Source: a virus | IMG/VR virus record: IMGVR_UViG_3300025030_000051 | Coordinates: 48,829 to 112,828 of that record | DNA length: 64,000 nt | Direction: 5' to 3' (one strand) | Shown: positions 39,850-48,002 of the stretch, one piece after another | Layout: each line of letters opens with the position of its first letter | How positions within the stretch are numbered: position 1 is the stretch's first letter | Notes under the pieces: model-generated | Databases searched by the model: none | Seen by the model: only the letters and a program-made list of their open reading frames with translations | What the model was told of the DNA's origin: nothing | Translations under genes and position numbers: made by a program

Positions 39850-39895
39850 TTGTTTTCTCCATTTTTTATTAAAAATATAAAGAAAACAAATTTTT

Positions 39896-40672
39896 TTAAT
39901 GTTTTTCCTGTACCGGGTGTTTCAATTCATAAGCAAACATTGTTTTTTCATCAATTTTTACTATTTCCCATGGTTTATACCATTTTATTTCATTATCAAT
40001 TTCTATTCCTATTTCATTATATTGTATATCTATTTTTGTGTTTTTACCAACACATTTTCCCATTCCGGGTGACCCAGCAATTATAAATAATTCACCGGTT
40101 TTCGAATCCCCAATACCACCTTCTGTTATTTCATTAATAATATCCCACGGAGTTGCTATAGTATTTCTTTTAGCTTTTTCAAGCATTTCATTTGGAGATT
40201 TTTCTAACAACATTAATCCTATATCTCTATCTTGACCTGCTCTTTCGGCCTCCCTAAATCTTATTTTAACAGCTTCATAATCTCCTTTTTTAATATCGTC
40301 AACAGAATTATAAACAGTTAATTTCCAGTTTTGATTAATACAAAATTCAATAAAGTTATCTTTAATATAAGATAAATCTTCAGCAGTTTTAAAGTCGTAC
40401 GATTCTCTTAATTTTTGTACAATGCTTTCTTTAAAGACATCATTCTTTTCACTTTCAATTTCTGCCTTGAATACTTCTAACGTAGGATTTAATTTGTATT
40501 TTTTGTAATATTCTTTGATTTTATTCACAATCCACTGACAAGCTTCAGAATCAAAAAATTCTGGTTTTAATATGTCTTCAGTTTTAATTAAAAATTTCAA
40601 ATCATATATAAGGCAGGTAACAACCTTAGATTGATAAACTTGTCCGAAGCGTGTTAAGTTATCTAATTGCAT
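39896..40672 (-). CDS. dnaB: Replicative helicase N-terminal fragment ending in a 52-aa IntN
   Basis: TPWDIINEITEGG, GEL, GSPGMGK|CVGKNT (Walker A split after Lys). Confidence 0.9.
   Translation of the reverse strand: MQLDNLTRFGQVYQSKVVTCLIYDLKFLIKTEDILKPEFFDSEACQWIVNKIKEYYKKYKLNPTLEVFKAEIESEKNDVFKESIVQKLRESYDFKTAEDLSYIKDNFIEFCINQNWKLTVYNSVDDIKKGDYEAVKIRFREAERAGQDRDIGLMLLEKSPNEMLEKAKRNTIATPWDIINEITEGGIGDSKTGELFIIAGSPGMGKCVGKNTKIDIQYNEIGIEIDNEIKWYKPWEIVKIDEKTMFAYELKHPVQEKH
39899..40054 (-). mobile_element. Atypical split intein N-fragment (DnaB), 52 aa
   Basis: Block A CVGKNTKI; no block B before the TAA. Confidence 0.85.
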
Positions 40673-41115
40673 GATTTGACAAAAAGTTTTGACTTTTCAA
40701 GTAATGAGAATTTTCTTGAAGGCTGTTTTTTATCTACAATCTTACAACCAAATGGATATTGCGGAAAACAAATAGAATTAAATCTATTTTTTCCTTTAAA
40801 TCTTGGAAACCCTGGTATCTGATGTTGTTTGATTCTTCTAAAGAAATTTTTATAGGCATTATCAACAGTTTTAAGTACATATTGTAAATTTTGAGCAAAT
40901 ATTTCTTTATATTCAGGATAAAATTCTTTAAACTCTGTAAGTTCTTTAGATTGATCATAATAATTAATAGATTTACTGTTTATAGATGATTTATATGAAT
41001 TTATTCTTTGTTCAAGACAAACGTTATAGAGATTTCTACAAAGTTCAAATTGATTGTTTAAAGTTTTTTGAATTGTTTTATTTGGGTAGATTCTATATTT
41101 GAAAGATTTTCTCAT
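40663..41115 (-). mobile_element. tnpB: IS200/IS605 TnpB remnant lacking the RuvC domain
   Basis: KYRIYPN, CRNLYN, AYKNFFRR, GFPRFK; ends at 150 aa. Confidence 0.8.
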
Positions 41116-41164
41116 TGCTTAATTATAAAATTTTGAATTTTAATAAACTTTCTATTCGAAAAAT

Positions 41165-42223
41165 TTAACTCTCTTTTGCAAATTTATTTAAAATAGAAAA
41201 ATTTGTTGTAATCCATTCATTAATATTCTTAAAAGAATTCCAAATTTTATCGTGTTTGATCAGTTCATAAATATGTATAAGATTTATTTCTGTAATTTTT
41301 TTATTAAATAGTTCAGTAATCTTTAATACGGAAGACTTAGGAATATTGTCATTAGAAAGCTTCATAAGCTTATAATTCAAAATATATTGGTTTATATTGT
41401 CTGATAGTAATCTGAATGCTCTGGCGTCATCTGTGTGATCGTGGGAGTAATCTAGAACGTTATCTACGGTGTATTGTTTGTCTTCATTTAAGAAACTAAA
41501 ATGCTTGTTTATATTCTTAATTCCTAATCCCTTTATTCCCGGTACATTATCACTTTTGTCACCAACCATAGATTTATATAAGGCAAAGTTATTTGGACTA
41601 ACGTTAAATCTTGTTAATACATTTTCTTTTGTGACAACTTCTTTTTTAATAGGATTCCAAACTTTTACTCTATCATCAATTAGCTGATAAAAATCTTTAT
41701 CTGAAGAGATGATAAATAATTCCTGTAGTTCTTTTTTATTTTTACATATATCTATTAAACAGCTTATTGAATCATCAGCTTCAATGCTATCTATACATAT
41801 AAAAGTTATAGGAAGATTTTTTAAATATTGAACAATACGCAATAATTGATATTGCATTTGTTTTCTTTCTTCTTCTTCATTTTCCCACTTATAAGCTCTG
41901 TTTAATCTTGTACCAGATCCACGGTTTTCTTTATAATCAGGAAATATTTTTTTTCTTCTTTTAGAAGAGTCTTTACCATCTAAAACAATAAAAATACGAG
42001 TGGGTCGTAATGCTCTAATAGAAACCCCCAAAGTATGAAGAAAACCGACTATTCCACCAACATGGCGTCCATCTTCATTTGTTGTAGGCATTACAACCCA
42101 AATTCGTATGAAATTATTTAAACAGTCAACAATTAAAATTCTAGAATTTAAAGTTAAATCTTTTTCTTCTTTATGTTCTTTTTCTATTATTTTAAGAAGT
42201 TCTTCAAATTTTTCATTCATCAA
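41165..42223 (-). CDS. 5'-3' exonuclease / T4 RNase H-like flap nuclease
   Basis: VDCLN, DG..R..YKENR, EADD, SSDKDF, GDKSDNVPGIKGLG. Confidence 0.92.
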   Translation of the reverse strand: MMNEKFEELLKIIEKEHKEEKDLTLNSRILIVDCLNNFIRIWVVMPTTNEDGRHVGGIVGFLHTLGVSIRALRPTRIFIVLDGKDSSKRRKKIFPDYKENRGSGTRLNRAYKWENEEEERKQMQYQLLRIVQYLKNLPITFICIDSIEADDSISCLIDICKNKKELQELFIISSDKDFYQLIDDRVKVWNPIKKEVVTKENVLTRFNVSPNNFALYKSMVGDKSDNVPGIKGLGIKNINKHFSFLNEDKQYTVDNVLDYSHDHTDDARAFRLLSDNINQYILNYKLMKLSNDNIPKSSVLKITELFNKKITEINLIHIYELIKHDKIWNSFKNINEWITTNFSILNKFAKES

Positions 42224-43527
42224 TCTTCTACTGTTTCGTCAATTTCTATTTTAGATTTATCTATATTTTCAGAATTTCTGTCTACGTATTTCATAATGAT
42301 TTTATCTGCAAGATTATCATACAACAGCTGTTTCTTTTGTGGATTATTAATTATTAATTCTTCGAAATTTGGGTTTTGAAATCTTGTCATTTCTAAATCG
42401 TTTTCTATCATATACCACCCTTTTACTTCTTTAAATTTATTATCTTTATTTTCTGACTTAGTTTCATCTTCTAATTTTTTGGCTTTAATAATAGAACCAT
42501 ATTTTTTTCCTGTTTCAAACCAAGTTGTAGAATTATCTAACCCTCTATCAAAATAAACATCATAATCACAAGATCTAAAAGATGGACCTAATTTACTTTT
42601 TATAACTTTACAGTTACCTCTAATACCAATTATATCAGTGCCACTTTTTAGTTTGCTTATATTTTTTAATCTCAATCTTAATGATGCATGAAATTGTATT
42701 GCCTTTCCGCCTGATGTTGTATACGGATCTCCAAATGTTACTCCAATATTTGATCTTAATTGATTTGTAAAAATTAAAGCTATTTTATGATTAGCTATTA
42801 CTTTACCAATTTTCCTCATAGCTTGTGATAATATTGTTGCCTTTTGAGTAGCAAACCCTTGTTTATCATATGTTCCCTCATCTTCAACTTTATTTGTTGC
42901 ACCCATAATAGAGTCAAGAGCAATGGTAACTAATCTATCACTGTTTGCTTTTCTAACACTCTCAATAATGTTTTCTATAGTCTGGAATGCGTCTTCTATA
43001 ACTGGTATTGGAGCATAAATCATTTTACCTAAATCTAATCCTATTGCTTTCATAAATTCTCTATCAGCAGAATGTTCAGTATCTATTAATACAGGAACTC
43101 CATTCTTTTTTTGAGTTTCTAATAATATATGATGAACTAATAAAGACTTGGCTGTGTTATGATTCAACATTCCATTTCCAAAATAACATTGATCATCATA
43201 ATTTTTTTCATCTATTACTATATCTACAATTTTATATTTTCCAATATAATTTACTGCTTTTACTAAATGATAATTATCGTCATCACATAATATTTTAGTT
43301 TCATTTGGTATCAATTCGAGTGTTTTTACCCACCCAGAATTAGTAAAAAATTGATGTTTTTTTGCTACATTTTGTTTATAGTTATTTTTTAATATAACTT
43401 GCCAAGTATCTAATAATCCTTTTTCAATGTATTTTTTTATATATACGTATTCTCCATTTTTTGATTTAACTTTTATTTTTTTATTTTCTTCAAGTAATTT
43501 TTTTATTTCTTTAATTTCTACTTGCAT
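42220..43527 (-). CDS. recA: RecA/UvsX C-terminal fragment preceded by a 124-aa IntC
   Basis: IVDIVI..YFGNGMLNHN|TAKS; IDTE, LDS, NQLR, TSGGKA, KSK. Confidence 0.9.
   Translation of the reverse strand: MQVEIKEIKKLLEENKKIKVKSKNGEYVYIKKYIEKGLLDTWQVILKNNYKQNVAKKHQFFTNSGWVKTLELIPNETKILCDDDNYHLVKAVNYIGKYKIVDIVIDEKNYDDQCYFGNGMLNHNTAKSLLVHHILLETQKKNGVPVLIDTEHSADREFMKAIGLDLGKMIYAPIPVIEDAFQTIENIIESVRKANSDRLVTIALDSIMGATNKVEDEGTYDKQGFATQKATILSQAMRKIGKVIANHKIALIFTNQLRSNIGVTFGDPYTTSGGKAIQFHASLRLRLKNISKLKSGTDIIGIRGNCKVIKSKLGPSFRSCDYDVYFDRGLDNSTTWFETGKKYGSIIKAKKLEDETKSENKDNKFKEVKGWYMIENDLEMTRFQNPNFEELIINNPQKKQLLYDNLADKIIMKYVDRNSENIDKSKIEIDETVED
43156..43527 (-). mobile_element. Atypical split intein C-fragment (RecA), 124 aa
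   Basis: VAKKHQF (block B His), IVDIVI (F), HN then Thr+1. Confidence 0.85.
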
Positions 43528-44732
43528 AATTTTAATAATCTTTCTTTCTGTTTTGAATTTAATATAATTAAATTATTTTTTATTAAATTTAGAATTTTAT
43601 TTTTATTTAAAATATTTTTTATATCATAAGTTTCTTCTGTTATATAATTACATTTTAAATTAAATTTGTTACAATATTCTTTTAATGCATAAAATTTAAG
43701 TTTATTTAAAGATAAATTGATTAATACTTTGGGTTTGATTTCATATATATTGTTTTCTATAATAATGTCTGGATTATATGTTTTTTTTGTGTTTTTATAT
43801 TTAAAGCTTATTCTATGTTTAGATAATGAAAAATTTATATTATTTTCTATTAGATAAATAAAAATTGATAATTCTAAAGAACTTCTAAATAAAATTTTTT
43901 TACCATTATTAATTAAATGACCAAATATTCCTCTACCTGATAAATATGATGGAGATCTTCCATACATTGAAGTTCTTTTTGTTTTTCCATATAATTTTTT
44001 AAGATGTATATAGTTATGAAATTGATTTATATTTTTTAATTTTAATTTAATGTCTTTAGCAAAATCATTATTCTTTAATCCATCTATATATATCCCTTTA
44101 GCATCATTACTTAATTCTGGTAAAGCATTTTTTCTATCTAAAGCATTTTGATGTAATCTTTGTGCATTTTTTTTAAATTGATTTTTAGCTTTTATAGCAT
44201 TTAATATTTTACCATTATTTTTTGCATTTTCAAAAAAATTATAAAATTTTAAATAATTAGTTATAGGAATTGGACCAATTTTTGTTATTTTGCATATATC
44301 AGTTATAGACTTTCCGTTTTTTATTTCTTCTCTAATCAGTTCTCCAAAATTTTTATTAATATTGTTGAATCTTTTTATTCTTTTTAATTTTTGATATTTT
44401 TTTAATTTTATAGATTTATTTCTTTTGTTTGTACCATTTAATTTGTTCTCTAATTTAAGTTTTGTTTCATCTTTGGATATTTTAAATCTTTTTTTTAGTG
44501 TTTTTTCATATATATTATAAAAATTATATTCTTTGACTGTTTGTAAAATTATTCTTTCATTTTTTATATTAAAAATTTTTGCTATTTCAAATCTATTTTT
44601 TCCTTCTATCAGTAAGTTTTTAATTTTATTCCAATTATCAAATTTAAATTTACAAATATGATAATGCGAATTATAATTATTTTTACTAATTATTTTATTA
44701 CACAATTCACATTTTATATAATTTACTATCAA
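43518..44732 (-). CDS. Free-standing TnsA-like PD-(D/E)xK endonuclease inside the fractured recA
   Basis: N-terminal CELC..H..C finger, HTH-like segments, FRSSLE, YNPDI, YEIKP; GGAG RBS. Confidence 0.75.
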   Translation of the reverse strand: MIVNYIKCELCNKIISKNNYNSHYHICKFKFDNWNKIKNLLIEGKNRFEIAKIFNIKNERIILQTVKEYNFYNIYEKTLKKRFKISKDETKLKLENKLNGTNKRNKSIKLKKYQKLKRIKRFNNINKNFGELIREEIKNGKSITDICKITKIGPIPITNYLKFYNFFENAKNNGKILNAIKAKNQFKKNAQRLHQNALDRKNALPELSNDAKGIYIDGLKNNDFAKDIKLKLKNINQFHNYIHLKKLYGKTKRTSMYGRSPSYLSGRGIFGHLINNGKKILFRSSLELSIFIYLIENNINFSLSKHRISFKYKNTKKTYNPDIIIENNIYEIKPKVLINLSLNKLKFYALKEYCNKFNLKCNYITEETYDIKNILNKNKILNLIKNNLIILNSKQKERLLKLCK

Positions 44733-44788
44733 AAAATTTCTCCATATACTTATTTTTATTATTATATAAATATATGGATTTTGAAATT

Positions 44789-45061
44789 TTATTCAATTAT
44801 TATATCAATAATTGTATCTTCAGAAACACAACTTTCTAGTCCGTTTATTTCTGTAATTCTTCCAACAGGAATTCCACCGTTTCTTCTATTTGATATTACC
44901 ATATCCATGATTGGGTCTCCAATCGAGACCCAATCTGTAATGTCTGATGGATTCCATTCTGGATTATCAAGAAAATATGCACTAAAAGGACTTTCAGAAG
45001 AATTTATAACATTATATACTGAAGAAATTAATTCATCATGAATTTCACTTTTTTTCTTCAT
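44789..45061 (-). CDS. recA: RecA/UvsX N-terminal fragment ending in a 13-aa IntN
   Basis: WVSIG..D..GGIPVGRITEINGLES|CVSEDTIIDIIIE-stop. Confidence 0.9.
   Translation of the reverse strand: MKKKSEIHDELISSVYNVINSSESPFSAYFLDNPEWNPSDITDWVSIGDPIMDMVISNRRNGGIPVGRITEINGLESCVSEDTIIDIIIE
44792..44830 (-). mobile_element. Ultra-short split intein N-fragment (RecA), 13 aa
   Basis: CVSEDTIIDIIIE is block A only, followed by TAA. Confidence 0.85.
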
Positions 45062-45063
45062 TT

Positions 45064-45840
45064 TTATTTCTTAGGAAATAATTTATCAAAAGCTGCAGAT
45101 GCTTTATCGACATCTTCATTTTTTACTTCTTCTTCATCATTACTATTATTTGAAATTTCTTTTTCTTCCTTACTATTTTTGTTCTTTAACCAATTTTCTA
45201 GAATATCTTTCAGTTCGTCATATTCCAATTCTTTATAGATATCATTGATATTTTTTTGTTCATCAAGATATTTTTTAATTAATTCTTCAGAGTCTGAAAG
45301 TGGACTGGTATTTCTTTTTGTTCTAATTGAAGTTTTACCAAAATTGTTTCCTGCCTCTTCTGGAGTTTGATAAGTTATTACTAAATCAGTTCCATTATTT
45401 ATATCAGAAATATCACCGTAATCTGGATCTGACATAATTTTTAGAATTTCTTCATAAGTAGTTTTACCAAATTGCCAAAATCTTATTCCCTCATCTTCCT
45501 CACTTCTTACTAAAACTGGAACAAATATTCTCATTTTGGCTCTTAATGTTCTGCTTAGTGCATAATCATTTTTATCTCCAGTTGCAGCTAGTTTATCAGC
45601 AAACTTTTCAAAGGGGTCTGGATTTCCAAAGGACTTTGGGGAAATATAATTTTTATTGTCTATACCATAGTGGAAAAATAATTCTATAAAAGGATACTCG
45701 GCGTGTTTATATGGAACTATTCTTACTGTGTGTTCTCCTGTAGGCTTCCACATCCCAGAAGTTCTCTGAGATGAATCTTGTAACCCTTTGAGTGTTTTTC
45801 GAACTTTATCTAAAAGTTCTTTGTGAGATCTTGTCTTCAT
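45064..45840 (-). CDS. Single-stranded DNA-binding protein (gp32-like)
   Basis: WKP..VRIVP, PF..HY, WQFGK, GTDL, acidic tail ending FDKLF. Confidence 0.8.
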   Translation of the reverse strand: MKTRSHKELLDKVRKTLKGLQDSSQRTSGMWKPTGEHTVRIVPYKHAEYPFIELFFHYGIDNKNYISPKSFGNPDPFEKFADKLAATGDKNDYALSRTLRAKMRIFVPVLVRSEEDEGIRFWQFGKTTYEEILKIMSDPDYGDISDINNGTDLVITYQTPEEAGNNFGKTSIRTKRNTSPLSDSEELIKKYLDEQKNINDIYKELEYDELKDILENWLKNKNSKEEKEISNNSNDEEEVKNEDVDKASAAFDKLFPKK

Positions 45841-45944
45841 TTTTTATTACTCCCATTATTTAATGTTTAATAATTTATTAGTTATCAGTTAATATTTTAA
45901 TGCATAACCAAATAACCAATTTTTAATAAATATAAAAAAAAATT

Positions 45945-46346
45945 CTACAATTCAACTATTTTAAGTAATTTAGTATTAATTTTTTTGAATTCATTGTTGT
46001 CTATAACTAATATTGAATTTGAATAATTATTCCAGTCAACTAAAAATTTTTTATCTAATATTCCATCGTTAAGTAGAGTAATAAGATGATTCAAAGCATT
46101 TATAGTATAGAGAGTATTGGAAATCTTTTTCCTGTGAACTGAAATTGTATTTATAGGAATAGTTTCAACTTTGATTTCTTTTGAGCTGTCTATATTATAG
46201 CTACAGATTAGTTTATTATTCTCATTAACACTCTGTAAAATAAATATTTTATCAAATAGAATTGTATAAGAACTTTTAATAGATTCAACTATTTTATCTA
46301 AATTCTTACTGTCTGTAAATGTTATTAGTAATTGAGAAGTAAACAT
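45945..46346 (-). CDS. Conserved hypothetical phage protein
   Basis: HRKK.SNTLYTINALN motif; replication context. Confidence 0.55.
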   Translation of the reverse strand: MFTSQLLITFTDSKNLDKIVESIKSSYTILFDKIFILQSVNENNKLICSYNIDSSKEIKVETIPINTISVHRKKISNTLYTINALNHLITLLNDGILDKKFLVDWNNYSNSILVIDNNEFKKINTKLLKIVEL

Positions 46347-46360
46347 TTAGTTTTATAATG

Positions 46361-46522
46361 TCAACATTTATTAATAATTTTTACGCGATATTTCTTATTA
46401 TCATATTCAAATTCTTCTATACCTCTATTATTCTTAGCAGAAGCAATTGCTTTACTAAGAATTTTGGCTCCGCTGTAAGAATTAACTAATTTTTTAGCTA
46501 CACCTTTTATAGGAGCTGCCAT
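46361..46522 (-). CDS. Small basic protein (53 aa)
   Basis: Manual translation MAAPIKGVAKK..KIINKC; fills the gap, AGGA upstream. Confidence 0.45.
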   Translation of the reverse strand: MAAPIKGVAKKLVNSYSGAKILSKAIASAKNNRGIEEFEYDNKKYRVKIINKC

Positions 46523-46560
46523 ACAATTTCCTTTTTATCATTTTATAATAAATATATAAA

Positions 46561-47883
46561 TTATACAATTTTTATTAAGTTTTCATAATCTTTTCCATAT
46601 AATATAGAAACAGGAAATTTATGATCTTGTTCAATTATGTCCTTGATTTTTAAAATAAAATCTTTTCCATCATTTAAATTAAAGTCAATAAGTACTGAAT
46701 CATAAATATATAATACAGTTTTTGATTCATAGTTTTCCATAAATTCGTATAATTTATCGAGCATTATCATATTGTTCTCAGTTTCATATGCCTGTAAGTA
46801 ATAATTAAAGAGTTTATTTGGAGTAATATTTTTAATGTTACTAATTTTCTTTTTGAATAATCTAGTTTCTGTGTAACTATTTTCTTTATAAAATCTATAT
46901 AGTTCGGTGATAAATTTTTGTGTCTTATAAAAAAATGGAATACTTAAAAATTCTTCCGGAATATTACCATAAATAATTTCAAATAAAAGTTGTTTAGATT
47001 GTTTATATTCTTCTTCTGTTAAATCATCTTTATTGAAAAATATTTTGCCTAAAACTTTATAAGGATGTTCTTTAAATTTTTCACCAATAATATCAGCAAT
47101 TAAATAGAAATGATATGCGTTATAATCTATTAACAATAAATAACCACTGTCGCTAAATCGACTTATAAAATGCTTTCTTGTTCCGTCATTTTTATTCATT
47201 GCTACAAAGTTAAATCCGTTATATGTACATGATGGTCTTTCTGTAGACGTATAGGGATTGTATTTGTAAAAAATTAACTCATCAGCATTATCAGTCTTTA
47301 TTCCATTTCTTTCAATTCTATAGAGATTATTTAATAATAAAGAATTCATTTTATTGTAAGTATCTGATTCTAATATATTTTTGTTTTCTAATAATTTTAA
47401 TATTTTATCTTTAATGTTATGCAAATATTCTATATGTTTTTGTAATGGAATGATTAAATTATTCTCACTGTTATTATAAAATTTTCTATAAATAAACTTG
47501 TGAGCTTGTGTATATTCATAAAAATTATTTTTTAATTTGTTGCTAATAATATAATCTAATAATTCCATATCTTTCCAAGTTTCATCTAATTCTTCTTTAA
47601 AATTATGCTGAATATTTCTCTTGTCTATTATAAATTTTTTATTTTTAGACAATTTAATTAATGACAATAATTTATTTACTTCTTCATTTGATATATTTAA
47701 ACAATCTGGATGGTTGATTGGAACAACAAATTCTTCATTTTTTGTTGATATGTAAATAATAGAAATATTGTTTAGAATAGGATGGACTTTGTCATTATAA
47801 AAAATAGGAATTAAGATAAAATCATTAATTTCTGTTTCTTTTATTAATTTTAGATATGATTCTTTAGATTCTGTTATTAACAA
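46561..47883 (-). CDS. polA: Divergent, compact family A DNA polymerase
   Basis: TERPS, R..FISR, IDYNAYH (A), K..FEIIYG (B), NYYLQ, IYDSVLID (C). Confidence 0.75.
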   Translation of the reverse strand: MLITESKESYLKLIKETEINDFILIPIFYNDKVHPILNNISIIYISTKNEEFVVPINHPDCLNISNEEVNKLLSLIKLSKNKKFIIDKRNIQHNFKEELDETWKDMELLDYIISNKLKNNFYEYTQAHKFIYRKFYNNSENNLIIPLQKHIEYLHNIKDKILKLLENKNILESDTYNKMNSLLLNNLYRIERNGIKTDNADELIFYKYNPYTSTERPSCTYNGFNFVAMNKNDGTRKHFISRFSDSGYLLLIDYNAYHFYLIADIIGEKFKEHPYKVLGKIFFNKDDLTEEEYKQSKQLLFEIIYGNIPEEFLSIPFFYKTQKFITELYRFYKENSYTETRLFKKKISNIKNITPNKLFNYYLQAYETENNMIMLDKLYEFMENYESKTVLYIYDSVLIDFNLNDGKDFILKIKDIIEQDHKFPVSILYGKDYENLIKIV

Positions 47884-48002
47884 ATGTAACCTTTTTTAAA
47901 TAAATATAAAAAAAATTACAAAAAATTTTAATTTTTATATATTTATTTTTGTCCCTCTAGTATTAAAAAATTAAGTTAACTATAAACTAAAAGTTCATTA
48001 AT

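Noticed and set aside
33680-45061. Group I/II introns explaining the split genes
   Set aside because: Non-coding gaps are under 90 nt and AT-rich with no room for a ribozyme core; each downstream fragment has its own ATG
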